A DNA stretch of 64,000 bases, taken from assembly GCA_963842085.1 (NCBI GenBank), contig CAWJET010000001.1:1600001-1664000 (forward strand), written 5' to 3'. Origin of the DNA: an uncultured delta proteobacterium. Its GTDB lineage: Bacteria > Desulfobacterota > Binatia > Binatales > Binataceae. A program made the position numbers and the translations under genes. Below the pieces are notes generated by a model. It was given only the letters and a program-made list of their open reading frames with translations. It was not told the DNA's origin and ran no database searches. How positions within the stretch are numbered: position 1 is the stretch's first letter; each line of letters starts with the position of its first letter. Of the stretch, positions 10,554 to 22,006 are shown piece by piece.

Positions 10554-11762
10554 TTAGACATAAGTCTCCTTAGCTGGGCGACTGAATTCGGCCGAACCTT
10601 TCATGATCCGGGCGTAGATTTCTTCCAGTTGCTGTGCTGCCGGCGTGGGATTGAAGGCGGCTTCGAGCAACCCGCGTGCGGCGCGCCGACGACTGTTTTG
10701 CTCCTCCGGATTCAGCAGCAGTTCGACGGTTCGATCGATCAGGCCCTGGTCGTCATCGGCCAAAGCGGCGTGAATCCCGTCGGCAGCGGGGATCCCTTCG
10801 ACCCCCTCGGTGGTGGTCACTACCGGAATTCCGTAAGCCATAGCCTCGAGCACTTTGACCTTCACTCCGCTGCCTCGCTCGGGGGCATAGAGGAGTACGC
10901 TCGCGCGGTCAAAATAGGGCTTCACGTCGGGGACGTTTTCGAAGACGTCGACATTGGGCAGGTCGAGATAGTTTTTAAGGACAGCGCGCGCCGACCAACC
11001 CACGATCTGAAAACGTGCATTCGGAACACGCCGGCGAATCTCTGGATAGAGCCTGGTTAGTAAGCGCTCGGCGCCGGATCGTGAAGGATACCAGCCCATC
11101 GAACCAATGAGGCTCACCGTAGGCTCCTTGGAGCGGCGATCGTCGGCGAGGAAAGGATAAAGTGTCAGGTCCAGTCCAATCGGCACAGTCGTCACATCCG
11201 CCGCCGGGTTGATCTTCACGATCGCTTTGGTCAGTCGCCCAGACAACGACCGGAAATACTTGAATGCGCGCAACAGACGATACTCGGTACGCCGAAGCAA
11301 GGCATACTCAATTCGGTCCTTGAGGTTTTGGCGACGCGTGCTCAGATCGATTTGAGACAGATAGTGAACGCTGATGAGAGTTTGATCGACATGATCGAGT
11401 GCCAACCAGCCAGCCAGCAGTTGCTCGAGATGAAGAATGTCGCAACCGGATTCGAGGTGGCGCTCGATATCCTCGCGCACACCGTCCCCTAGCATGTACG
11501 AGAAGGGCTGCCCAAGTCCATTCAGCTTGTTACGGATACCCGCCCGTGAAGGGTGCAGGTAGCAGCGCAGATCGCACGGCGACTTCCGAAACAGCTCGGC
11601 TGCCTGGGCGACTTCCTCGGGCCGGCTACAGGTGGCGAAGGCCTTGACCACATGACCCCGTTCGATGAGGCCTTGGATGAGCGAATAATAGATTCGCGCC
11701 GCCGCGCTACCGAATGGTAGCGGTGGTTCAAGCATGACGAGGCCGATCTGCAATGGACGCAC
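10554..11762 (-). CDS. Glycosyltransferase family 4
   Basis: GSGVKVKVLEAMAYGIPVVTT motif. Confidence 0.9.
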   Translation of the reverse strand: MRPLQIGLVMLEPPLPFGSAAARIYYSLIQGLIERGHVVKAFATCSRPEEVAQAAELFRKSPCDLRCYLHPSRAGIRNKLNGLGQPFSYMLGDGVREDIERHLESGCDILHLEQLLAGWLALDHVDQTLISVHYLSQIDLSTRRQNLKDRIEYALLRRTEYRLLRAFKYFRSLSGRLTKAIVKINPAADVTTVPIGLDLTLYPFLADDRRSKEPTVSLIGSMGWYPSRSGAERLLTRLYPEIRRRVPNARFQIVGWSARAVLKNYLDLPNVDVFENVPDVKPYFDRASVLLYAPERGSGVKVKVLEAMAYGIPVVTTTEGVEGIPAADGIHAALADDDQGLIDRTVELLLNPEEQNSRRRAARGLLEAAFNPTPAAQQLEEIYARIMKGSAEFSRPAKETYV

Positions 11763-11767
11763 TTGCT

Positions 11768-12901
11768 TCAGTTGGTCAAACAGCCCACGAAATCGGCGGC
11801 CATATCCCGCCAGGTATATCGACGCAGTTGGTCCCCCAGCTGCCGGATCTGGGAGCGGTAGTAGTCGGAATCTGAGCGCCAGAGTCTGATCCGATTGGCG
11901 AGCTCGGCGTCGTCGTCAGGATCATCCAACAGCAGCGGCTGCAGACTCGGCGGGTAGCGCTCGGCTACGCCAGCGGTCTTGGTGACAAACGCCGGCAGAC
12001 CGGAACACAGCGCTTCGTGGACTGCCAGCCCATAGGCTTCGTATCTACTGGGCGCCACCAGCGCATCAGCGGCGGACAGAAGTTGCGCCACGTCACCGCG
12101 ACGGCCCAGAAAGTGAATGATTGAGTCGATCCCGGCGCTTTCGGCACGCTTTTTCCATAGCGGAATTTCGGCGCCGACCCCGACTACCATCAACTCGCTA
12201 TTTGCACCCGGTCCTTGGCCCAGTCTGGTCCATGCTCGGAACAGGGTGTCGAAACCCTTGCGCTCATCGCCCAACCCTCCGATGAAAAGCACTATCGTTC
12301 GATCACCGGACCAGTTGAGTTCACGACGGATCTTACCTCGCTCCTCGGCTCCAACCGGCCGGAAGAGGTTTGGATCGACGCCGTAGTAGATGGGCCGGAT
12401 CCGCTTTTCATCGATGTTGAGGTTTTCGACCAAGTCCGCCTTGGTGCGCTGCGAGTTGGCGACGATCGTCCGCGCCGAGCGGATCACTCTGCGCTCTTTT
12501 TGCTTTGAGAGTTGCCGGTACAGCTTGTTCTTTTGACGCAACAGCATCGTTGCGCCCCCGCCGTCAGCGTATGCCGCGTGGAGGTAGTGCACCCAGTTTA
12601 CATCTCCCCATTGGCAATTGCTGCCGTTGACGACGACCCTGACTCCGCGGTCGCGCAGCCGGTTTGCCCACCAGCGTCCAGCTCGGTCGAGCAGCGGTTC
12701 GCCGGCCATGTAAGAGTCGAACGGTTTTGGTACCCGGTGAAAGACTAAATTGTCCATTTCTAGGAGCTCGGAGTCGACCCGGTGAGCAACGATGTGGGTC
12801 TCGACCTTGGAGTTCGCGAGATAAGTCGCCAGTGCGTGGTTTGCGCGATCCATCCCGCCGGTTTTCACAAAGTCGCCGCTGATGAGAAGAAAGGGCCTCA
12901 T
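11768..12901 (-). CDS. Glycosyltransferase family 4
   Basis: PSRYEAYGLAVHEALCSGLP; ATG 12901 overlaps the upstream TGA (ATGA). Confidence 0.9.
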   Translation of the reverse strand: MRPFLLISGDFVKTGGMDRANHALATYLANSKVETHIVAHRVDSELLEMDNLVFHRVPKPFDSYMAGEPLLDRAGRWWANRLRDRGVRVVVNGSNCQWGDVNWVHYLHAAYADGGGATMLLRQKNKLYRQLSKQKERRVIRSARTIVANSQRTKADLVENLNIDEKRIRPIYYGVDPNLFRPVGAEERGKIRRELNWSGDRTIVLFIGGLGDERKGFDTLFRAWTRLGQGPGANSELMVVGVGAEIPLWKKRAESAGIDSIIHFLGRRGDVAQLLSAADALVAPSRYEAYGLAVHEALCSGLPAFVTKTAGVAERYPPSLQPLLLDDPDDDAELANRIRLWRSDSDYYRSQIRQLGDQLRRYTWRDMAADFVGCLTN

Positions 12902-14325
12902 CCAGAATTTCCCCCAGCTCTTCGCCGAGCCTCGCTGCGCGCGGCCGCAAACAAAATGGCGTTCAGCAACCAGAATTCGAGTCCGCGTTGTGAGATGAAG
13001 AAGGCGTAGTCGAAGGTGTCGGCTAGCGCGCTGATATCGTATGCGACCATCAGCGCGCCGAACACGCTCAACTGCGCATTGCCAGGATCGAACGTGATCT
13101 TGAGCGCGACCTTGAGCGCTATGCAGAGTGCCACCAGGTAAGTGAGAACGAGCGGTATGCCACCGTCTAACAACCACCCGGTCCACTGGATCTCGACCCA
13201 TTCAGGGGGGCTCGCGAGGTTCAGATGGTCGCCAAAGTACTGATATGTCATTCCCCAACGACCCAAACCCGCGCCGAGGGGATACTTTGGAAGGTAGATG
13301 TCTAGGGTATAGGTCAGAAAGTGGCCGCGGTTCGCGTAGTAGACATCGCTGGTACTCTGGCCCTCGAATAGGGTCGCGAATCGGTCGCTCACGCTCTTGC
13401 GCGCGATCGACAACGCCAGCACCGATCCGATCACGATTACGGCCGCTACCACCGCTGTTAGAAAGGCCAGCTTGATCTGGCGCCGATGCCTTGCGAAGCG
13501 TCGCGGTCGTTGCGCTAGCTTCATTTTGAGCCAGAACAACAGACCCAGAAAGATTGTGGAACTAAGCGCGGCCATAACCAGCACCGACCGCACCTCGGAC
13601 AAGCCAATCGCTGCGAGGCCAGCCGCCATGGTGACGGCAAACAGCAAACGGTGCTTGGGGCGAGACTCCGTCACCAACAAAGCCATGCTGAGCAGCAGAG
13701 CGTAAAAGCCTCCGACCGCGGCGCCGCCCGGTATGTCGGTAAGCCCCATCGGGCGAAATACGCTTTCGCCGCTGTTGGTCCGAATCATGAGGCTCTTCAG
13801 GTAGTCATAGCCGCCGCCCGCGAACTGGGGCGCGAGCGCCGGCTGGAAGTGCCCGGGAAAGAGTACCTGCAGCACGCCGAACACAGAGCTCAACGCGTAA
13901 AATCCCCACAGAATGAGGAGAACTCGATTCATCGCGTCGGTATCGACCGACAGTGCCGGCACCCAGAAAAGTGGTCCCAGGATTGCGGCGTAGAGAGCAA
14001 TCTGTGCGATACCGGCTTCCCAGCTGTTGGTCGTCGGGTTGAACAAGGAGATAGTCAATAGGAAGAGAATTACCAGGGCCACGACGGCGCACGGGTGACG
14101 CTGCTTGGCCCGGGCGGGGTGGACGATCAGCATGTAGATGCTGGCGCCGAAGGCGGCGATTCGGAACATAAAGCGCAGCGCGCCGAGTTGCGGAACCAGC
14201 AAAGCCAATTGACAAAGGATCTGAAAGCCTGTGAACCATTCGACGCTTTGGACGGCACGAACTCGACTCCGCGCGCGCGGCGCATGGGTGGTGAATTCGG
14301 GTTCTATTTGAATGCTAAATCCCAT
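12898..14325 (-). CDS. Wzy polymerase / O-antigen ligase-like membrane protein
   Basis: Polytopic; large periplasmic loop with PLGAGLG; lies among GT genes. Confidence 0.7.
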   Translation of the reverse strand: MGFSIQIEPEFTTHAPRARSRVRAVQSVEWFTGFQILCQLALLVPQLGALRFMFRIAAFGASIYMLIVHPARAKQRHPCAVVALVILFLLTISLFNPTTNSWEAGIAQIALYAAILGPLFWVPALSVDTDAMNRVLLILWGFYALSSVFGVLQVLFPGHFQPALAPQFAGGGYDYLKSLMIRTNSGESVFRPMGLTDIPGGAAVGGFYALLLSMALLVTESRPKHRLLFAVTMAAGLAAIGLSEVRSVLVMAALSSTIFLGLLFWLKMKLAQRPRRFARHRRQIKLAFLTAVVAAVIVIGSVLALSIARKSVSDRFATLFEGQSTSDVYYANRGHFLTYTLDIYLPKYPLGAGLGRWGMTYQYFGDHLNLASPPEWVEIQWTGWLLDGGIPLVLTYLVALCIALKVALKITFDPGNAQLSVFGALMVAYDISALADTFDYAFFISQRGLEFWLLNAILFAAARSEARRRAGGNSG

Positions 14326-14370
14326 CGCTGGTCATCAGATCGCCGCGTCGACTGGCCACGGCTTAGGCGG

Positions 14371-15543
14371 TCAACGTCGGTCAAGACTGAGATCTAGTCC
14401 TCCCGCAGATCGCGGCCGGGTCGCGGATTTGCTTTGTTCGACCACTTCGCCGAGTAACTCGGCCAACCGCGCAATCTGGTTTTGAGGGTCGCACACCGCC
14501 CCTGCGCGTTGTGGTGCGGCCCCTCCTAATCGGGTTCTCAACTCGCAGTCGTCGAACAGTTGCCTAAGGGCCGTGGTCAGGCCTTCCACATCGTCCTTCG
14601 CAAAAAGAATCCCGCATGAGGAGTCGACGATTTCCAGCGCTCCGCCGATCGCGGTCGTGACCACCGGCAAGCCCGCCAACAACGCCTCGGCGAAGACCAC
14701 GCCGAAGGGCTCGGGCCCAGTATTCGGTTGACAAAATATGTCGGCTGCGGCCAGCAACCGTGGAACGTCGGTGCGAAAGCCCGCAAAGCGGACACGATCC
14801 GCAATTCCTTTTTTTGCGGCGAACTGCCTCAGCCGTTCGAAATACACTTCTTCGAACGGTCGCTGCGGTCCGCCGACCATCCAACAGATCCAGTTCGGAA
14901 GGTGGGCAAGATTCTGCAAAGCCTCCAGGTGGAGCAGGTGTCCCTTCCAACTTTCCATGCGGCCGACCTGAATGACTACCGTGGCGTCTAAAGGGGTTTC
15001 GAGCTCCCGGCGCACGAGAGCGGTGGTTTCAGAACTCGCGAGCGAGAGCGGGGCTTCGACCGGACAGTAAACTATCTCAGATCGGGTGTTCGGAAATAGG
15101 CGTCGGCTGCGGTCACGAGTATACCGACTGTTATGGATGATCAAGCTGGGTACACTCCTTCGGGCCCACCTATCGATCCAATGTCGCCCGGTTGTGGCAT
15201 CGTGCATCCAGCACACGAGGCTGACATCGGATGAGGATTGGACGACCGGTCCGAAGACGGCTAGCGGCCAGGTGGCATGGCACAGCACTACATCGATATG
15301 GCGTTCGCGAAGTAGTTGTCTCAGCTTGCGTCTGGCATGAATGATTGTAATCGGCCGGCTGGCGCGCACGCCACCTAATATGTGAACGCTGGCGCCAAGC
15401 GCGCGTAGCTCGCTCGCCAACAGACCTTCGAAACAAACCCCAAACTCGGCTTGCAAGCGAACTTGCCGGTGGCGCGCAAACGTCGTCAACAAGCGTTCCA
15501 CGCCACCATAGAGATTACCTGCGGCAAGATGGAGGACCTTCAT
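14371..15543 (-). CDS. Glycosyltransferase family 4
   Basis: PEPFGVVFAEALLAGLPVV. Confidence 0.92.
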   Translation of the reverse strand: MKVLHLAAGNLYGGVERLLTTFARHRQVRLQAEFGVCFEGLLASELRALGASVHILGGVRASRPITIIHARRKLRQLLRERHIDVVLCHATWPLAVFGPVVQSSSDVSLVCWMHDATTGRHWIDRWARRSVPSLIIHNSRYTRDRSRRLFPNTRSEIVYCPVEAPLSLASSETTALVRRELETPLDATVVIQVGRMESWKGHLLHLEALQNLAHLPNWICWMVGGPQRPFEEVYFERLRQFAAKKGIADRVRFAGFRTDVPRLLAAADIFCQPNTGPEPFGVVFAEALLAGLPVVTTAIGGALEIVDSSCGILFAKDDVEGLTTALRQLFDDCELRTRLGGAAPQRAGAVCDPQNQIARLAELLGEVVEQSKSATRPRSAGGLDLSLDRR

Positions 15544-16769
15544 CTGATAGCGACAGCACCAAGATCCGCGTACGCAGACGTAACTTCGGCACCAAGTCTC
15601 ATTCGATCGAAGCGTCGCTCGGCGGTTGCCCTGGCGGCGCTGCCCAGCTTGGCGCGCAACTCAGGATGCGCTGCCAGTTGGACAATTTGACTCGCCAGGA
15701 TCTCGGCTTGACCAGGCGGATGGCTTAGCGCGTCAAGGCCATCGTTGATCACTTCGCTGACCCCGCCCGCGTAAGCGACTACGACCGGCTTGGCAAGCGC
15801 CATCGCTTCGGCGATTACGAGACCAAACGGTTCCGGTTGCGTACTGGCGTGGACGACAACGTCGAGCGCACGCATGGCCGCGGCCGAATCCGCGATGAAG
15901 CCGGTGAATGCCACCCTGTCGGTGACCCCAAGCCTAAGCGCCAAGTCACGCAATTCGTCGATCGCGTATTGGCTGCCGTCGGTTTGATAGAGTCGACCGC
16001 CTATGATGTAAGCGCGAATTGGAAGCTCGTGCGGAATTTTGGAGATCGCGCGCAAGAAGACGTCGTGACCCTTCCAGCGTGCCATCGCCGCAACCAAACC
16101 GATCTTGATAGTACCGAGTGGAGCCGGTGCAAGGCCTGCAGCCTGGTCCAGATCCGCAATTGGTCCGAGCGGCGAAAAGCTCTCGAGGTTGACAGCGTTG
16201 TAGATCGTTTTGACGCGGAGCCCGTCGCCGCACACCTCCCTAAGATCGTCCGCAACGCTGTTGGAATTCGCAATCGCGCCGGCGCAGCTTCGCGCGTGAA
16301 GGCGGAGCAGCCGCGCCATGACCGGCCGCGAACTGGTGTAGTCATGAATATGCCAGACCACGGGCAACTGAGTCGGTTTGGCCCACACTCCCAGGATATC
16401 CATCTTGAAGCCGTTAGCATGGATCAAATCAGGGGCGACCTTGGCGATCGTGCTGCGCAATTCGCCTAGGTAAGAACGAATGCTAAACAGCGCCCTGACC
16501 GTTCTGGCGAGCAACTCCGCGGTGCCGACCTGACGGCCTGAGTTGCCGCCAGCTCCGGAGTCGCCGAGACGACCCAACGCTGCGGGCAACTTTACGATCG
16601 AGGTCGAGACCTTCAGGGTTTCGGCTTCGGCGACCAACGGTCCGGCATTTGGGACAACCAGATGGAGCGACCATTCGGGTTGGTTGAGCCGCAAGCTTGC
16701 GAGAAAGTCCAGCAAGCTACGCTCCGCCCCGCCCAACTGAGAGGACTGACTTAGGTATAAGATTCGCAT
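15540..16769 (-). CDS. Glycosyltransferase family 4
   Basis: GGAERSL; PEPFGLVIAEAMALAKPVV. Confidence 0.92.
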   Translation of the reverse strand: MRILYLSQSSQLGGAERSLLDFLASLRLNQPEWSLHLVVPNAGPLVAEAETLKVSTSIVKLPAALGRLGDSGAGGNSGRQVGTAELLARTVRALFSIRSYLGELRSTIAKVAPDLIHANGFKMDILGVWAKPTQLPVVWHIHDYTSSRPVMARLLRLHARSCAGAIANSNSVADDLREVCGDGLRVKTIYNAVNLESFSPLGPIADLDQAAGLAPAPLGTIKIGLVAAMARWKGHDVFLRAISKIPHELPIRAYIIGGRLYQTDGSQYAIDELRDLALRLGVTDRVAFTGFIADSAAAMRALDVVVHASTQPEPFGLVIAEAMALAKPVVVAYAGGVSEVINDGLDALSHPPGQAEILASQIVQLAAHPELRAKLGSAARATAERRFDRMRLGAEVTSAYADLGAVAIR

Positions 16770-16840
16770 TGACTGTTCAGGCCTCTGCTCAGCTTTCGTC
16801 CGCGCTGCTTCGAAATCAAAGTTGCAAAGCTAGTCGGGTA

Positions 16841-19243
16841 CTAAGCTTCGGCCGCGTGATAGTCCGAGTAGTAGTAGTGATAGTGGTAGCTCTTGGGGTG
16901 CATTCGATTGAGGACGAAACCGAACATTTTCGCGTGCGCGTACTCCAAACGCGTGCGCGCTGCCTTGATCAGTTTTTTCGGCGTTCGCGAACTATCGACG
17001 ACCAGAATTACGCCGTCAACCATAGTCGACAATATCATCGCATCACTGACCGGAATCAGCGGGGGCGAGTCCAGAACGAGAAAATCAAACTGGCTCGAGA
17101 GCTGACGCAGCAATTCTCCCATGCGCGGTGAACCAATCAGCTCGGTCGAATTCGGCGGCACGTGAACGCCTTTGGGCAGTACCGACAAACCTTTGACCCG
17201 CGACGGTCGAGCGAGGCCGTCGACGCGAAGCTGCTCAGAGTCGAGCAGTGCCTCGGTCAGGCCAGGAGAGGGTTTCGTATCGAGCATTCGATGGCATTGG
17301 CCGCGGCGGAGGTCGGCGTCGATCAGCAGAACGTCCGCCCCCTGGTAGGCCAGCATTATTGAGATGTTTATCGCGGTAACGGTCTTGCCTTCTCCGCGAA
17401 TCGAGCTTGTGACGAGGGTGACCTTCGGCTGGCTCACGGCCTTCGAGAGCATCAGACCCGTCCGCAAGGAGCGATAAGCATCGGCCGCGATCGATTCCGG
17501 TCCGGTACCGTTTCTGATCTCATCTCGCCCGCGACTACTGCGGGCGCTCGCAATTCGCAATTCCGCGCGCTCTTCGGTTTCGAGCTCCTTGTAGTCGCCT
17601 GCAAACTCTGGGACAACCGCGAGATTGGGGAGACGCAGGAAACGCTCGATTTCATCAGGGTCGTTCAAGGTATTGCTGAGGTACTCACAAGCCAGCGCCA
17701 ACCCAATTCCGAGCAGCAGCCCGAGCAAGCCGCCGGTCAAGAGATTTCTCATCTTCTTGGGGGTCGATGGAACGTTGGGAGCCTCGGCGCGATCGACGAT
17801 CGAGACATTGGACGCTTCCGACTCTGCTTCCAGACCAACATCCTTCATTCTTTGCAGCACGCTGCTCGTCAGTTCGCGGTTGGTATCGACCTCTCGCTGC
17901 AACATGGCGTATTTGACGGCGGCGTCGTTGAGGCCGAGCGCCTCCTGTTTTTGATGATCGAGTCCGCTACGAAGCGCGCTCTCCTTACCGACGGCGATAT
18001 CATAGCTTTCGCGCACGCTCTCGGTAGTCTCCTCAATCTCGCGCTTGAGGTTTTCCTTGGTCTGGTTTGCTTTTGCCTCGAGCTGAATCAGAGGCTGATA
18101 GGTGGAGCGGAACTGACTCGACAAGCTGGCGATTTCTACATACTCACTGTCAAGCGTGCTACGCAGGGCCTGAATGGAAGGGTTGTTCGCAACCGAAGGG
18201 AGCGCATCGTACTTCCCCTTGTTTATCAGCTGCATCTGAGATTCGAGAGTAATGCGCTCCATCTCGGCGTCGGTCATCTCCTTGCTCAGGTCTCGCAACC
18301 GGTCGAGAACCACCGCCTCTTTGCCGTCGAGAGACATCAGGCCAGGAATGATATCGTGCTCACGGCGGTAGTCGTTTAGCTGGGTTTCGGATTTCTCGAG
18401 CTGAAGCTTGAGGTCTTGTAGTTTGGTCTGCAGAAACCGCACCACTTCCTGATTGGCTTGGTCATGCAGGTCGATACTGAGCTGGGCGTAGCCTTCGGCG
18501 TGCGCATTGGCCAGCTTTTTGGACAGCTCAGGATCTGGGGTCGTGAATTGCATCTGCATCAGAGTGGTGCCATCTTCCACAGACACCGACAACATCGACA
18601 GGTAGCGGTTTATCAGACCGGGGCTTACTCCAGTGTCAGCCCGAGATTCGCCTTCTTGTCGGGGCGTGGATGGACTGGAAATCGCCGACCTAGAGAGCGA
18701 GGCCATACTACCTAGCCTTTCGATCTCGTAAATCAAAGCGCTGATTCCCGTATAACGCTCTAACCCGTCGACCGCGCGTGACAAGGGAGGGGCCGTTTCG
18801 GCGGCGCCGGTAAACGCCGGGTCATTAGCTAAGTTCAAGTTCTCGATTACGCGGGCCGCGAGGCTTCTACTCGTAACGATGCGTGCCTGGGTTCGATAGT
18901 AGTTTTCGGAGTAACCTTCGTCCTGCGCTACTCCTCCTGCTAGCGCTTGCTGTCCTAGGATCTCGGGAATCTTGGGTTTTACGAGGACCAGGCTCTGCGC
19001 GGTGTACAGAGGTACGGTGGTGAAAGTGATGTAGAACGCGGCGACGACTGCGCAGACAAAGACAGTCGCGATCAACCGCAGGTGCTTTCGGACCAGGAAC
19101 CAGTACTTCCAAACGTCGAAGCCAGCGTGTTCGTCCTCAACCAACCAGGTGCTGCTCAGCTGATGCGCATAGTTCGGATCGAGATGCTGAACGTGGTGGG
19201 GATCGAGAGCCTGTGTCGAGCGCGGCTGTAGCATTTGGTTCAT
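16841..19243 (-). CDS. wzc: Wzc polysaccharide co-polymerase / BY-kinase
   Basis: Two TMs flanking a coiled coil; Walker A GEGKT, IDADLR, LDSPP; C-terminal Tyr cluster YHYHYYYSDY. Confidence 0.95.
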   Translation of the reverse strand: MNQMLQPRSTQALDPHHVQHLDPNYAHQLSSTWLVEDEHAGFDVWKYWFLVRKHLRLIATVFVCAVVAAFYITFTTVPLYTAQSLVLVKPKIPEILGQQALAGGVAQDEGYSENYYRTQARIVTSRSLAARVIENLNLANDPAFTGAAETAPPLSRAVDGLERYTGISALIYEIERLGSMASLSRSAISSPSTPRQEGESRADTGVSPGLINRYLSMLSVSVEDGTTLMQMQFTTPDPELSKKLANAHAEGYAQLSIDLHDQANQEVVRFLQTKLQDLKLQLEKSETQLNDYRREHDIIPGLMSLDGKEAVVLDRLRDLSKEMTDAEMERITLESQMQLINKGKYDALPSVANNPSIQALRSTLDSEYVEIASLSSQFRSTYQPLIQLEAKANQTKENLKREIEETTESVRESYDIAVGKESALRSGLDHQKQEALGLNDAAVKYAMLQREVDTNRELTSSVLQRMKDVGLEAESEASNVSIVDRAEAPNVPSTPKKMRNLLTGGLLGLLLGIGLALACEYLSNTLNDPDEIERFLRLPNLAVVPEFAGDYKELETEERAELRIASARSSRGRDEIRNGTGPESIAADAYRSLRTGLMLSKAVSQPKVTLVTSSIRGEGKTVTAINISIMLAYQGADVLLIDADLRRGQCHRMLDTKPSPGLTEALLDSEQLRVDGLARPSRVKGLSVLPKGVHVPPNSTELIGSPRMGELLRQLSSQFDFLVLDSPPLIPVSDAMILSTMVDGVILVVDSSRTPKKLIKAARTRLEYAHAKMFGFVLNRMHPKSYHYHYYYSDYHAAEA

Positions 19244-19285
19244 TTGTGTATTGCGACCTTAAACTTTGATTGCGATATGCGACCT

Positions 19286-20617
19286 TTAGAATGCTGGTAT
19301 CGCAAACCCGGCCCCAGCAAACTTCGAATTCATCAGGCTGTAGAAGATATAGGGCACGATTTTCGAGTCCGAGTAGGTAACCTCAATCACATCGTTCCCC
19401 TGCACGGGAATATTCGGCTGTTCGCCCTTACGTACCTTTTCGAGATCGAAAAGGATCGATTCGGTTTGTCCATCGGTGGCGGTGCGCCGTAGCCGAATGT
19501 CATGTTCATCAGCGGCGAAAACCGGTCCACCCGCTGCGCCGATTGCGGCCAGCACGTTCAGACCGGCGGTGACTTGGAATGCACCGGGATTGTAGACCCA
19601 GCCGACAACGGAAACTTGACCGCCGGCTGGGACGTACACCACATCACCTGGGCGCAGCGGCATGTTCAGAAATCGACTTGCGTCACTCGCTGAGTTCCGG
19701 CGCAGCGGAATCATCAACGGCGAACCATTGGACCCGGTGAATGAAACCGGCAGGACGCCCTGCGCAACGGCTGGTTCGATCGGCGGCATGACCTCCAGTC
19801 GGTTATCTAGGCCCTGCGCCCGGATCGGCTGCATCTCGCGTCGCTCGTCATACGCTGTCTCGGTGGAGCTCGCCATAAGGCCGCGGCGATTTTCGAATTG
19901 CTGAGTTGCGAGCAGCGCTTGAGGCGAAGCGGGGATGAGAACGACCCGGTCTGCCGCGTTCTCGGCAGGTCCGCCGGCGAGGCTGATTCCATCCAAGACG
20001 GTTTCGGTCGGACCCGTAAGGGTGAATACCCCCGGACGCTTAACCGCCCCGAGCACCGAAATCTGACGGCTTTGGTATTCTTTGACAAACACTTGGAACT
20101 GAGGCTGGTACATGATCTCGAGCAAGCGTGATTTTATTGCCTGAGTGAGCTCCGCCTCGGTCAATCCGGTCGCGTGAATCTGACCAATAATCGGTAGATT
20201 GATGTCGCCGGAGGCCGAAACCCTGACCGTCGAGTCGCTCAGCTCCGCGATGGCGGGGACCAACACCACAATTTCGTCTCCGGGTCCAATCGGAAAGTCC
20301 GAAAAGGCCTTTGCGTGCACGCGCGTGTTCCAGAGCTCGGTGAGTTGCGTGCGATCATCTGAAGTGCCGAAGTTGCTAAAACCGGTGGCTTTAGGAGCAC
20401 CCGCGACGCTGGCCGGTTCGGGGGTCCGATCGGGTACGCTGCTAGAGGTTGCACAGCCAAAGAGCGCAACCGCGAGGAGGGCGCACGACAGTTGAAGTGA
20501 GAGTCGTGGCGCGCCGGAGTCGCCGCCCGGCCGGCCAATTCGCGGCGCGGGCTCAGGTGTCAGGCCGCGACTCGATGGCGCGCCAAGTCGAAGCACCCCT
20601 GAAAACTCGGAGATCAT
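19286..20617 (-). CDS. wza: Wza/OPX polysaccharide export lipoprotein with SLBB domains
   Basis: Lipobox LFGC; IGPGDEI...GDINLPIIG; repeated V.V.G.V..PG; ATG 20617 with GAGG upstream. Confidence 0.92.
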   Translation of the reverse strand: MISEFSGVLRLGAPSSRGLTPEPAPRIGRPGGDSGAPRLSLQLSCALLAVALFGCATSSSVPDRTPEPASVAGAPKATGFSNFGTSDDRTQLTELWNTRVHAKAFSDFPIGPGDEIVVLVPAIAELSDSTVRVSASGDINLPIIGQIHATGLTEAELTQAIKSRLLEIMYQPQFQVFVKEYQSRQISVLGAVKRPGVFTLTGPTETVLDGISLAGGPAENAADRVVLIPASPQALLATQQFENRRGLMASSTETAYDERREMQPIRAQGLDNRLEVMPPIEPAVAQGVLPVSFTGSNGSPLMIPLRRNSASDASRFLNMPLRPGDVVYVPAGGQVSVVGWVYNPGAFQVTAGLNVLAAIGAAGGPVFAADEHDIRLRRTATDGQTESILFDLEKVRKGEQPNIPVQGNDVIEVTYSDSKIVPYIFYSLMNSKFAGAGFAIPAF

Positions 20618-20959
20618 TGCCGTCCTCTCGTCTTGAGCTAGACATCGCAACTTCGATCAATTTCAAGCATTGCCGCGCGATATAGTGGCACGATAACACC
20701 TGAGCTTACTTAAGGCAACTCTTCTATTATCACATTTACCCCCTACTCTTTTTCTATCTGAGTGCGTTGGACGAGCCACGTCTTCGGGGGTGAGAGGCGT
20801 CGCCCCTAGCTTCCCCGCAGGTACCCGGCTGCATTTGCAAATCTGAGGAATGTCTAAAGTCTCTGCGACGCGAGTAGACCGCAACTCGACGGACTTGGCC
20901 GCGGTCGATTGCGGGGTGCGCCGTTATGTTGGAGAGAAGATTTGACCTGGGGGGCATGG

Positions 20960-22006
20960 TTGATGATGCGACTTCCTTTAGTCGCTCGATTGGTCGGAGC
21001 GCTGAGCCTGGCGCAGATCGTTCTCCCAGTGGAGGGGTGGAGGTGCGGAGCGCCTCGCGAGTGCTCAACGTCGAACCAGCGCCGACTCACGCTAAGTAAT
21101 TGACGGGCGTACCGATGACTACCGGGCTCTGGGCCGCGGGCGCCAATCAGCAAGCGCTCTTTGTCGAGCCAGGAGCGGCGAGCACCAGGTCTGTCAGCAG
21201 AGCAAACTTGGTTACCCATTCCAGCGCCTACCTGTTCGGCCTGGTCGCTACCCCCCGCGTTCGAGTCTGGGGCCGCCCAACTTCGCCGGTCCCCCAATCT
21301 TCCGATCGGGAGCGCGGGCATAAGGGCATTACGACTGGTCCGCCGCTGGTGGATGCGGGTGCGACTTACAAAACAGACGCGAATAATGCAGTGACGATAA
21401 ACCTGCGGCAAACCAACACCGCCGAACTCAACGGGCAGGAAATTTACCGCCGTAGGCGCCTTCATGCTCGCGTTCGAGCGCGACCATCGTCGCTTCCGAC
21501 AGACGAGTCGGCGACCAATGGCGCCGCGTTACCAGGCAGAAAATGGCGCTGTCAACCAACGGCGGACGTTTGACCGGGCGGTTCCGGATCGAGGGTGTCG
21601 TCCATGAACTCCGCTACGGCGCCGGTCTGCAAATCTCAAGCACTAAGCTCGTTGACGTACGACGGAAGCAACATTGCGCTCTACTACGATGGCAACCGCC
21701 TCGCCTCGCAGGCCGGCGCGGGCACCACCACGCAGGACATCAGCGACGACGTTACCAATCTGCGTGATGAACCAGATCGAACCGGAACGCATGTTGGTGA
21801 TCGGATCTGACGCGGGTACGTTGCTCGATTCGATCCGGCTATCGGACAGCGTTCGATATCGGGGTAATGCGATGCGGGTGCCTGTTCGCGAATTCGCCAG
21901 CCATTCTCACATGATTGCGCTGGTCGATTTTGATGACAACACACCCGCGGGATTCGTCGTGGTGGAACAGGAAGTGAACACCAGACCGCCGCCAAAGCCT
22001 GGCTGA
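20960..22006 (+). pseudogene. Fragmented secreted protein with LamG-like jelly-roll pieces
   Basis: Signal-like start at 20963; LTYDGSNIALYYDG and LDSIRLSDSVRY...IALVDFDD in different frames. Confidence 0.5.

Noticed and set aside
12902-13201. N-terminal extension of the GT4 ORF 11768-13201
   Set aside because: Overlaps the polymerase-like gene; the real start is the ATGA overlap at 12901.
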